Positions 50,946-64,000 of a stretch of 64,000 nucleotides of DNA are shown here, piece by piece; positions within the stretch are counted from its first letter, which is position 1; every line of letters starts with the position of its first letter. Position numbers and translations under genes: made by a program. Source of the DNA: the human T2T-CHM13v2.0 reference genome, Homo sapiens. The notes under the pieces are model-generated. The model saw only the letters and a list, made by a program, of their open reading frames with translations, was not told the DNA's origin and did no database searches. Location: the NCBI RefSeq assembly GCF_009914755.1, contig NC_060938.1; one strand, written 5' to 3'.

Positions 50946-53765
50946 CTATTTATGCATTCAACCATTCAATAACATTTATTGAGTATCTACCGTGAACCAA
51001 GCACTATTCTAGATGGGACTGGGGGTCAGGGAGAAAGATACAGAGGCAAATAAAAGAGACTAAAATGCCTTCTCTTATGAAATTTAGATGTTAATGTATG
51101 AGACGTGAAAAAAGAAACTAAAAATAAAAAAGTAATAAAACTTGTATTAGATCAGGATGGGAGCATGCGTACTAGGCAGACACATCAGGAACTGTGCTAT
51201 GACTATCAGGAGTCTACTTTTACATACGGGATAGTGGAAATATTTAGTAGCAAGTGCTTTTGGCATAAAGACTTGGAGACCACGAAGATATAAGTGATGT
51301 AACTATTTAGGGGAAGAGTATTTCAGGCAAAGAGGATGGCAAGTGCGATGGCCTTGAGGCTGTAACATACCTGGTGTGTTCAAAGAAGAGTGCACTTGGA
51401 AGTGCATGAGTCAGAGAGGAACAGAGGTCAAGCCCTGGGAGACTTTATGTGTCATTATTATAAGGGCTTCAGTTTTCTCTTTGGATAAGATGGAGAGCAA
51501 TTGGAAGGTGTTCAGGAGAGAGGCAATGGGATCTGACCTAGTCTTAATAGGACAAATCTAGCTACAATGTTGACACTAGACTAAAGCCACTCAAAGGTGA
51601 AAGCACAGTCATCATTTTGGAAGCTATTATAGAAATATTTGAGCAAAAGAACATAGTTCATTGGGACAGGGCAATAGTCTTGGAGATAGTAAACAATGGT
51701 AGGATTTTTGATATGCAGTATTTGGAGTATAAATCCCACAGGATATGCTAATTGATTCAATGCAGAGTATAAAATAAAAGAAAGCAAGGAAGGATTCTTG
51801 CCTTTTTTTTTTTTTTTTTTTTTACCTTGGCAATTGGAAGAAAGGATTTGCCACTAACTAAGACAGTAGAGATTATGGAAATAACATATTTAGGAGGAAG
51901 GAGTAGATTTGGGCTTTTTATTGATAAAAATTGAGATCATTAGATAGGTGGAGATAAGCATCATGTAAAAGTTGGGTATTGAACTTGAGTTCAAGGTAAG
52001 ACTGAACTTTGAGTATATATTTGTTAGTTGTCAGCACACAGATAGTATCCAAACCAAAGTTTAGAAGAGATTGACAGGGCAGTTTATGAAGTTAGAAAAA
52101 GTATAAAATTCGAAAACTGATCCCTGGCACATATGAATGAAAAAAGTTTAAGAAGCTGAGGAGAAACTAAGTAAAGAATTTTCTTTTCGGTAATGTTGCC
52201 CTAAAAGGAAGAAGAAAATTGAGCAGTAGCTGAAGAAGATAAATTTAAGGGATTTTTAAAGATGAGAGAAACATAAGCAATGTTATGTTGATGGGAAAAT
52301 TTAGTTTAAAGGAATCAAATTAATGACGCAAGTGAAAATAAAATGCCTGTGTATAAGAGGGGAAAGAATCGAGTGCACAAGTAGTAGGGTTAAATTTTAC
52401 TAGAAACACAGACATGTCTTTTCTAGAAACCAGAGAGAAGGAGCAGCATTTGGAAATGAATACATCTAAATGGATAAATGTGAGTTGGAAGCTTATTTAG
52501 ATTGCTTTCCATCTGTTCTTATCTTCTCAGTGAAACAGAAAACAAAATAGCCAACTAAGAGTGAGAATGTGGGAAAGCTATTAAAATAATTTAAAGAGGT
52601 TTACATATGAGGAAAAATTATAAAACATTATTAAGGAGACTTACAAATTGAAGAGATCACAGAAATATAGTGCCAGGAGGCACCAATGGGACTCATATGC
52701 AATAAGTGATTATGGACTTAGAGTGAGCACATCGAGCATAATTGTGTTGTTTTTCAGTCTTGCTTGCTTGCTACTAACACAAGGATGATATAGGAGAACA
52801 ATTGGGTTTCACTAGGTTTTGTGTCTTTGGCAAAAGGGCATAAAAATAAAAAGAGAACAAGGAATTTGAAGATGTGAAATAAAAGTGTTTAGTATAATTG
52901 ACAGTTGAATTTATGTTGAGTAACGAGGGAAGCAGCAGATGATGAGAACCAGGGACAGTAAAATACCAGCAGGACAAATGAATTGATGTTATAGAAAGGC
53001 TGGTTGTTGCAAAGATTGTTGGACTGAAGGAAGTCGATGGAATAAGCTAGAAATTGTTGATTGGAGAGTGGGGCTTTTGAAATTTAGTTTAAGGAAAGCT
53101 GAAGTTATGAAGAGATAGAGTCTACCAGGGTATCACCATAAGATTGAGTAGTTTTGATGAGATGAGAGATAAGATCACTAAACTTAGAGGCCAATTTGCT
53201 AGAAGCTTCATCCATGTGCATGTTGAAATCACCAAGTAGTCTGGAAGAACCAGTGTGTATAAATGGAACAGTAAGCTAGAAGATAAAATATACAAGACAG
53301 ACGGAGAAGAATGCCCTGGTGAATGACTGCTATAAATAAGGGTGGCGTATATTACAGTCTAATGCCACTAAAATAAAATACTCTATCTTTTTATGGCAGA
53401 GGAAGTGAATGGTCACAAGAAGTAAGAAAAGCTGCTATTTCTCCTTCAGGCTGATTAGCAAGAGTAAAGAAAAAAGTTACCTTTTTAGAGGGGAAGATGT
53501 ACCTCAGAGGAGAACCAATTTTCCATTGAGAAAGTAGATAAAGCAAACTTTCACATGAATTTTCTAGTATGTAAAGGATTTTGCGGATGGCTGAAAATGA
53601 CTTCCAGAGAGCACACAGGAATTAATTCAGAATTAGGCATAGGTGGAAGATGGAATGTTAAAAGTTATAGAGTCCAGTGGTTGACATCATTTTTAGAATG
53701 CCCCTGGTTTTTTATGGTGACTGATGTAACCATGGATAAAAGAAAGAAATAATTGTCTTGATGAT
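50946..53765 (-). mobile_element. Long L2 (L2a-like) element
   Basis: Reverse 3' tail 'cattcaaccattcaataacatttattgagtatctac'; purine-rich body; minus strand 53201-53239 encodes LLGDFNMHMDEAS, an APE-endonuclease motif. Confidence 0.85.
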
Positions 53766-56489
53766 CCTCAGGCAGTGAGTGATGATGACTCTGAAGCGCA
53801 GTATGAAATTTGTGCTGTCAGGAAGCCACAGTTCAGTGGTCCCCCCGCTGATAGAGATATAGCAGCTGCGGGTAGCAATGCTTCTCAGAGTGCAAAGACT
53901 CTCCTCTTATTCTCTGCCTACACAGGCTCACAGGAAAGCAGAAGAGTAATCATATTTCAAACCAGAGAGTTCTTGTAGATTCCCTTTATCTCCCCATCAC
54001 ACCTGCCAGTATTGTTCCCAATCAAATAATAGACCAAAGCTTAACAGAAAAGGGTAAGTGTATGTTATATTTACACTAGCAGAATAGATTTGGGAGCCAT
54101 AAACTTCTTTCCTGAACCCCTGTTTGATATCTTTCCCAAGAAAACAAATACTGTACTGTGTTACTAAGAAATGTTTATATATCCACCCAAGTGTGTTTAA
54201 AATTAGCCCCAGAAAAAATATCAGTTTCCTTCTGTAACTCATGTTTTGGATTACAGAATCTAGGATATTTTATTATTTTCCTTTTCTTGGAAAAGCTTAC
54301 AATTGCTAACAAGATCTGCTGTCAAGAACTTAAGATTGTACATACTCTTGGATAGAGATCTGTGTTCCTTACTTTAAGAATTTATCAAAATGATTTTTAA
54401 AATTTCATTTATTTGAAAACGTTAAACAAACATGAGCTGCATGACACCATATGGTGAATGAAAGCACCATAATAAATATCACTAAACATATCATTCCAAG
54501 TCCCACTGGAAATAGGTCAAGTCAATATCTTCTACACCAGCTTATGATGTTGTTCATCCTTTCCTTTATTATGTACTCAGTTTCCCAATCTCTGGCTTGG
54601 AACCATCTCTTGGTTCATTTACACATCAAAGATTAAGATGATAAATTGCTTGTAAGAAGTTATTTTTTGTATTTTGTGGTATATTATTTTCTTTGTCTTT
54701 GCTCAATCGAAGCTCTTTCTGAAGATATTATTTGTGTTTACTAGGGAACTCTCTTTTTTTCCTCTAATACTGCAGCATTTTCTGAAATATTACTCTTTAA
54801 ATCTCATCTATAACTGATTCACCCCATCCTTCTATCAATCTCTTTTTCATGGAACACTAGTATTAGAAAACACAAATTATGGTAGAGGTCTATGGGTAGT
54901 AAAAACTCTTATCTCATATTTATCTTTCTACTAGTACATTTTGTTACCTGAATTGGAGAGAAATTAGGACAGTCAACAATGGGAATGGGGTATGCTTTAA
55001 TGAGAAGGAGGGCTTGTGTTAGCTCTGATCAGATTCCTACTGATCCCAATGCGAAATCCTGGGTTTGAGAGAGGTAGCATGTTGATGGATTTTCCTGACA
55101 CACATTAAAATGTCAACTGTCAGGAGGTGGAAAACAGAAGTTAACAGGATCCCTTTATCACGGAGACAGTGCCAGTTCTGAAGCTGAGCCAAATGCCACT
55201 CTCCCCACCATCCTCTGCCTTCACTGAGATGTCTGTAGAATCTCAGGATATTGGCAAAGTCAGTCATTTTTGACTTGCTATGTTTAGAGAGTAGTATGGT
55301 ACGGCAGTTGGAGATAACCCAATACACTTTGTTATTTCATTAGGAATTTACTGAAAGATAAATCTTGCTGCTTATGCCCTATTTCTGCAATGAGAAGGAG
55401 TGATCAGTCATCAGTGAATGTGCTGCCACAAAGTTTTGTAAAGTCAGGAGCTATTCCAAGTGGGAATTAATGGGGAGCAAAAATGATCTTTTCATGTTCT
55501 CAGCTTTCATAATGTATGGCAATCTGTCTAGGTGGGGCTGCAAATAAATTAAGCATGAATGATATATATGGTGCAGAATGTGACCTTAACAAGTTGTCTT
55601 GTCTGTGACTTGATGTTTCCATCTGGTTTGTGCAAGGAATGTTCAGATAATACAGTAAAGAGGAAGATTATGATTTCCAGGGGAACAGCCATAATGGGTC
55701 ACTATCTTCCTGGGCCTGATAAGTTTAATCCAAGTTGCCTGGGAGGAAAGAACTCATAAAATACTTTATCTGAAGTAAGTGCAAAAATACTCATAAACTC
55801 AAAGGTTAATCACTGCACCAGAAGAACAGATGAAGGAGACAGGACAATTTTATGTTTCTTTACTGTGCTACCCTTATTAATCATGTTGTGGGTTGCTTTA
55901 AAATATGTGCCTGCTCTTTATTTTTAAAGCCTAATGGATAGACAGACAGACACTGAAAATGAAGTTGGAAGGATAATAACAGGATCTGCTCAATTTTTTC
56001 TCCACCAGCCAGTATTTACAGGAGTTACAATCAAGGTTAAGAAACACATTTATTTTTCTTTTTAATCTATTTTCTTTACATGCCATATTTTCTTCTTATT
56101 ATGTGTTTTACTTGATTTAAAATTCAAAACTTGTATTTATACTGAGCTACAGAATGAATAATGAAGAAAACTTCATTCATCTTTCTACACAAGTAGTTTT
56201 ATTTTATGATGACAAGGTAGATAGCAAGATCATCTGTGTAATGATGCCTCCAGATTTCACTAAACAATACGTAAGTGGATTCGAGAATTATGCTAATAGT
56301 TACTGTTGAGAAATCCTCATATAGGCTCAATTTCTGCCTCTAGATTCATGCAGAACATCTTTGGACAAGTGACAGCATAAAAGATTTCTGCAGGCATAAG
56401 ACAAAGTACAAAGGAAGTTTTCTGTATATTGTGTATATGGACGTGATAGGATCTATACATAATTAAACAACCTTAGTCTAAATTGTACT

Positions 56490-56684
56490 TTTATTTTGAT
56501 TCTTGAAAGGACAAGATAAAATATTTTCAGCTTGCAGGTCACATGCTTGGTGCCATTTTACGGTGATAGCAATCATTGATAAATGCAAATGATTGTACAT
56601 CTATGTGTCTCAATACAATTATAATTTAAAAAACAGGTGGCAGGCACAATTTGTCCCTTGGGTCATATGGTTTGTTGATCCCTG
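56490..56684. mobile_element. MER58A-like hAT-Charlie element
   Basis: 'aaatattttcagcttgcaggtcacatg...aaaaacaggtggcaggcacaatttgtcccttgggtcatatggtttgttgatccctg'. Confidence 0.82.
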
Positions 56685-56935
56685 ATTTAGACTATCTATA
56701 AGAATAAAATAAATAAAGAAGATGCTTTAAAATATGTCTTTAACTTAGTTTACTGTATGTAGAGGTTGCATTTAAAAGGTTTCTGTTCTTTTTTCCTTTC
56801 AGCTTCTCAGGGGCTATAAACCCAGGTACTCACAGTAGCCTGAAAGTAAATTAAATATATAAAGCTAAAATGTTATAATACAGTAAAGTATGGTGTGTCT
56901 TTTGATTAATTAGAGAAGATATACTCCAATTCTTA

Positions 56936-56942
<7 letters not shown>

Positions 56943-56976
<34 letters not shown>
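56943..56976. repeat. (GA)n microsatellite
   Basis: About 17 GA units. Confidence 0.97.
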
Positions 56977-56980
<4 letters not shown>

Positions 56981-57699
56981 AAACTACAGAAAGGTTTGGC
57001 CCAAAGACCACCAGTTTATAACTTCTACTCCATGTGGCAGATTTAATTGAATTGAATACTCTCTTCTTGGTATGTCCATATGGTATTCTGCCTGAAAAGT
57101 ATCTGCTCAGTCTTTCAAGCATCTATCTAATTATTGCCTTCCTTAGGGAACTTCCATTGCTATTGGTATATACAATTCATTGTTACTTTATAGGTGCTCT
57201 CAAAATGTAAACTTTTAAAAATATTTCTTTATGATACAGTTGTTTTTCCCAAAAGACTGTAATCCTAAATTATTACATGCAATCATATAGTGTTCATTTC
57301 AATGAAAATCACATTTTCTCTAAAGACATCTCTTTCTTCATGAAAAGTCTTATGTCTAATTTAGATTCAGATATTCCTTCTCATCCAAAATTTGGTTATT
57401 TAAAATCTCACTATTTGAACTCATGAATCAACATGTTTGGATATGTTTCCACATAAAATAACTCACTACTTGCTATTTCAAGTTCAGGGTAAATTTTTTA
57501 AAAGTGTAAACGATATCCTACACCTCTTTATTCAAATTTACTATCTAAACTTGTGCTGTCCAAATTCAGGAGGTAGGTAGTTGTGGGTAGCAAGGAATAC
57601 TTAAAGTGGATTGTAGCTCAAGTCATACAATAGCAGCATTTGTTTTCACGATCCATTAATATCATCTCTAGTTTACAACCATCAGGAGCCTTTTCATAG

Positions 57700-58400
57700 C
57701 AATGAACTTTCCTGTGATAACTTTGAAAAACAAAATCTAAATTTGTCATGGCCTACAATGCAATATATGAAATAGGCTCTGCACTCCAACTTGACTTTTG
57801 TCATCACTCCCATTGATGACTCTGCTCAAGCTACCTAAGCCCTTTAGTTTTGCTAACATCCTTTATACCATTGGAGGTATCTTAGCAAAAACTTCTATCT
57901 GCTTTTGCTCAAATATTTTCTCCTATTTTGCTCAAACATTCTCTCCCATTCTTCAGATGGTGGACTTTTCCTTATTGCTCTCAGAAAGGATATCTATTGC
58001 CACTCTAGAAAAATAAAAATATGTCATCTATCCATTCACCCATCCATTCAATTCCCAAATATTAACTGTGTGTTACTAAGGACCAGATATTTTACAAGGC
58101 ACTACAATGTGATAGTATACCAGAGAGAGAGAGCCTTTACATTCATGGGCTTTACATTCTAATAAAATCTAAAGTTTCCTGGGGTTATTCTCTACCACTA
58201 CATGAAGGCTTATTTTTACTTGAGCAGTTAGGGTAATTTGTAGTTTTTCATTAGCTTATTGTCTGCAATCAAACTACAATGGTCCATAGTATAATAAGCT
58301 CCAGGAACTATGTCTGTTCCATGCAACACAGAATCTCTGGCATCGAGCACTGGGCCTGGCATGCAGCAAGCATTTTTACTTAGGGATGTAATGAATGAGT
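57700..58400. mobile_element. L2 fragments: plus-strand L2 3' region interrupted by a minus-strand L2 3' end (~58027-58161)
   Basis: 'catccattcaattcccaaatatt...cattcatgggctttacattcta' (minus) and 'gagcactgggcctggcatgcagcaagc...atgaatga' (plus). Confidence 0.6.
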
Positions 58401-60343
58401 GCAATAAAAAGTCCAATTGTGCATTCATATGCTTTAATTTGATTCAAATTTTCAATGGAACTTTTCTCAGAGGTAATGCACTCAGGTGGGTAAACAAAAA
58501 TTAAGCAATATTATTGCAAACACGTATACTAGGGTATATGGCAAATATTCATAAAATTAAAGTGATTTTCCATTTCCCAACTCTATACCCAAATGAATAT
58601 ACAACCACTGGGAAGAGAAAAACATCAGTTAGTATGTTTTTATTCTTTTGTCCTGGTTTTCATCAACACAATAGGTAATTCTTATATGGAAGTAGATCAT
58701 ATTCAATTTAAATATAAATATGTTGAGATGAATTTTCTTCCAATGGTTATGATAACTTTGGACTGAACATGGTGTAGCCATTTGGATATTTCATTTATAA
58801 ACTCATATCAGTTACTTGAAGACCTTGATCAACACCTTACTGGACAATTTACATGGATCCTATTGTTCATAAAAATAAGAAAATAAATGTTAAGATAGAT
58901 GCAAAAAATTTTTCAAAAGTCAACTCAAAACCTAATTTGGATCATAAGTATCTTTGTATACTACATTTTCTATTACATAAAAATGTTTTAAACTTTAAAC
59001 CTTTTCTCCCATAGCATGCAGATAATTCAGCACTGTAATATATTTGTACTATGAGCAAAATGACAACTTTTTAGGTTAGATGAAAGGAATTTAGTATCAT
59101 TTGCAGATAAAGTATGATCCAATTATTCTTATTTTGCTGATATAAGAAGGGTCTACAAGGCATAGATCTCATTTATATTAGTGACTTGAAGTAAAGTTTG
59201 AGTTACAATGGCTAATAAATAATTCCATTTATATTTTATATCACCATATTGAATGTCTCTAAGATGTTCTCCTAGGAAAAATGAGAATAATACTAAGTGT
59301 ATTGCCAAATTTTTAAACAGATTAATGTTATAGCCCAATCCTCTATCAAATATGGGCTCTATAATCAAACCTGTCCATAATGGTTTTAAGGAAGTGCTCC
59401 TCACCGTCTTGGTTTTTCAAAAAGCTCAAAGACATGTTGAACAAAATGCATGTTGGTAATAATTTTCTCAGGAATGAAATTCAAAAGTAGAATTGTATAA
59501 AATGGAAACAAAGAAAGCCCTTCAACCCCCATCACTTACTTCAATTAATCTCTCTGGATGTGCACAACTTTGACATAATGATTTCAGCAAAACATACAAA
59601 ATATTCAGAGGTTTCAAAATATTAAACATATATGGGTATGAATGAAGGCAGCATTCCCCCAAAAGCTGGAATAATAGGTGACCTCAGTGCCTGATGAAGC
59701 AGTGGCGCAGGAGCAATGGCCTCTCTCTTTGGCCCACCTTGCCTCACTCGCAGAGTGGACCAGCAACTTGGATAAGCCTAAATTAGGAGCGATTTTCAGG
59801 AACTAACAGTACAAAGGGAAAGTTAGGTTTAGACATGGGGAAATCATTGTTACTTGATTCATTTTCTTAGTTCTCTACATAGCTGTACCGATAGCAACCA
59901 ATCGATGGTCAAAAAATGCAAAAAGTTGTGTCACTGGAAACTCTACCCAGTTTTGATGGACAAAGAACACAGTTTTAGAACCTTGGTTACGCAGGGCAAT
60001 ATAAGGGAAATATTTACAGCCTTTCCAAAAACGATCAAATTCCAGGAATTTGGTGCCAATCCAATCTCTATCAAAGACCATAATGATGACTGTAACTACT
60101 ATGTATCTTGTCAGGCAACTATGATACTTAGCAAAGCATTCAATCTGCCTTTCAGGATGGAGAGAGAGGTGGCCTCAGTACCTGATAAAGCAGCAGCATT
60201 GGAACAAAGGGCTTCTCGTTGTTTCCCCTGTGTTTTTTATTCAGTGTGCAGAGTGGGCTAGCACTTCATGAAGGCAACAATGTTGGAGTTTAGCAGCAGC
60301 TGCTCCACTGATGAAGCACTTGACGTCCAGTTCACAAAATTCC

Positions 60344-61013
<670 letters not shown>

Positions 61014-61310
61014 ATTCTCTTTCCTCAAATCTTCAATATATTTCCACTCATTCGTTTGCTGTCCCTTTATGTATCCTCACTGTACATAATTTTGTGGTTC
61101 CTAAATTTTATCTTTATTGATTTATTGTCCAAATATGTAAATTTCCAGCTAAACTTGCATATTTTTCCATTTTTTCTCTATAACTTTTGTTTCTTCTATT
61201 TTCACTCTTTTGTTTCTGGATAAAAATAAATTATTTCTGACTTTTTTGATAACAAGTTTATATTACCTTTATTATAACAGGCAGTCTATATATTTCAACA
61301 TTTGTAGTCA

Positions 61311-61719
<409 letters not shown>

Positions 61720-63864
61720 TTAGTATGATGTTCTAATTTTTTACTACAAAGCTTTGGAATACTCATTGGTACATCTCAAAATTTTTGATTTCACAGAATT
61801 TAGGAAACCTGATAGCAATCTTTTGACTCTCTCTAAGGCTATTTTGTTTGGGTTTTGGTTCATTTATAGTTACTAAACCTTATTTATATATCAAATTGGT
61901 TCATCCTTTGTGGGGTTTTTTTTGTCATTTTGTATATAATCAAAACAATTGCTTGAAACATGATACAACTAAGAGCATACAATTAAGTCATATAAAGTTG
62001 AATTTCATTAATTGGTTTCTGTCCATAGGAAAATAAATGAAAACCCCCCAGTTGTACATTTCATGAACAGACACATGCCTACATGCCCATCCCTGTAAAT
62101 ATTTGTTCTGAATTCACTTGCTTAGTAATACAAAGCAAATAAGTAATGTCTAAAAATGTATTCATGGCTTTCAATTGCATTTATTTTACTTGACATTAAC
62201 TCTAAATTTTGAAAGAAAAATGCTGGATATTGACAGTTGTTAGAAATCTGGTATCAAATAGTACTACCCATTCTCTAAGGGCTAGTATCAGATCATTGCT
62301 TATTTGACTAGATGCTGTGATAATCTGTTTTGACTTAGGTATTGAATATACGCCTAATGTCTCCATTAAAGTGGTTTTTAATGTCATATATCTATAATCT
62401 CAGCGAGCAATGATGAGAACACAGGAAACTCCTCAGGGAGTTTCAAATGAACTATTGTTTATAGATTACAGATTGTTCTGATTTTGTTTTCAAGGAAGAT
62501 TTAGCTGGGGAATAGAGTGTCAGCATAAAGAATATGCAAAGCAATACAATAGTATGATTTATGCAAATTAAACTGTGCAATATAATGAGTAAAGTCACTT
62601 TAGGTGATATTAAAAATTAAAGGCAAGGCAGACAGTCCTAAATTAGGCACTATGCTATATTATAAAAGTAGTTGTATAATTATTTTTAAAACTGAAAATG
62701 GCAGAGAAATGGAAAAATATACTAACAAATTTCTGAAGAAGCAGAACTGATTATGCAGGATGATGGCAAGTGATTCCTGGCTATTACATTAAGAAAAATA
62801 TATGCTTTAATTTATGAAATGTTCTTCACCTATAATTCTGAACTAGCTTTAATCAGTCAAATAAGATGAGGCATTGAAAGGAAAATTTCCAAGATAAATC
62901 CTCAAATGATTATAAATTGGGAGATTTGATGTTTTCTCCAGGGAATGCATCAATTAATGCTACTTTAGTGACTGAAACAGCTCTTTTTCAATTTATTTCA
63001 TTTTTTCTTCATGACCAGATTTATTGCTATGTAGTTTATCACATGGCTCTTAAAATCAGTCTAATTTACTTAATACAATGATTTATGCAACAATTTATCT
63101 TATCTGGATGTTTCTGAATTATATATTTATTCTCTCGCTCCTTCTCTCTAAGTTTTTATACAAGACTGATAAAAACATTTCTGTAATATATATAGATTTT
63201 TTTTCTGGTGTTTTTTGCATTTGGAAACATCTAGGGTTATGTTTGCATGTATATTTTATTAATGAGTAAGCTTAAACAAATGGCTTTAATTTAAAATTAT
63301 GGGATTTTATTTCATAGCTTGTGAATGTTTTAATATTTTACCAGTGGCTTTGCAGTTGTAAAGTCACAGCCTGTAACTTTAAATCATACCAAGTATTAAA
63401 AGAAATTAACCATAGAGCGTAACAAAAACCAATCTTCCAGCTCAAAACTCTACCAGTTCATGGAATTGCTGTTGTCTCATAGTTAATGCATGGTAGTGTT
63501 AACACTTAAACACAGGTCTCTTGCTCTCACATCAATGCTCTGTATCCCCTACTAAAGAAGCATTCTGTGTAAGCTGCCTAAGTATTTCTCCTTTAATACT
63601 ACAATATGTGGGATACAGAGCCATATTGCCTTGTGATTTTTATTTTGAATGTCCTTACTCTATTGAGCTTTATAATTTCAAATACAAATATTTCACCTTA
63701 TTATCTCAATTTGAAAATTTAATCTTTACCTAATTCACTCTCTTAAAGGTGAGCCATACTTAGGGTTTTTTACTACATTAAGGATTCACTTCCACATCAC
63801 TAAGATCTTCCGCCTGCCCCAAGCTCTAGTCATCTCTGCCAGTAAGACTAATGATCAGAATCTC

Positions 63865-64000
63865 TCTTTTAAGAGTTATTTAAAATTTATTTTGATTTCT
63901 TATAAAAACATATAATAAATGTAAGTTATGTGAATAATACTTCTGAAAACACCTACCCCATGTAAATATAAGAAAAAGGACATAGTATCTCTCATCAAGA
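63865..64000 (-). mobile_element. Possible ancient L1 (L1ME-like) 3' end, running off the window
   Basis: 'aaaacacctaccccatgtaaatataagaaaaaggacat' resembles a reverse L1ME 3'UTR. Confidence 0.35.

Noticed and set aside
58027-58400. Opposed L2 ends as a miR-28/151-type hairpin
   Set aside because: The arrangement is not tail-to-tail and the copies are too diverged to pair.

Overview
AT-rich, CpG-poor primate (human-like) genomic DNA, most likely intronic or intergenic. I recognise no intact protein-coding gene, RNA gene, CpG island or CRISPR array. Roughly half the window is decayed transposable elements: Alu S and J copies, a 5'-inverted L1PA7-like element, two multi-kb ancient L1s (one near full length), a long L2, about ten solo LTRs, MIRs and hAT-Charlie MITEs. 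No AluY or L1HS is visible. ORFs in the supplied track are L1/Alu-derived or chance frames. The best-supported oddities are DNA-repair and retrotransposition footprints: a 58-bp-arm palindrome with a scrambled spacer beside a 42-bp tandem duplication (5667-5932), a ~65-bp copy of a neighbouring L1 segment inside an LTR (30024), and a likely micro 3' transduction (15057-15571). More speculative leads are a Kunitz-like reading frame missing from the ORF track (35576-35776), candidate minus-strand exons, an E-box cluster, and a strong minus-strand bias among MaLR LTRs. I cannot support a claim of a new biological system. Repeat subfamily names come from remembered consensus sequences and need RepeatMasker/Dfam confirmation; boundaries of old elements are approximate.
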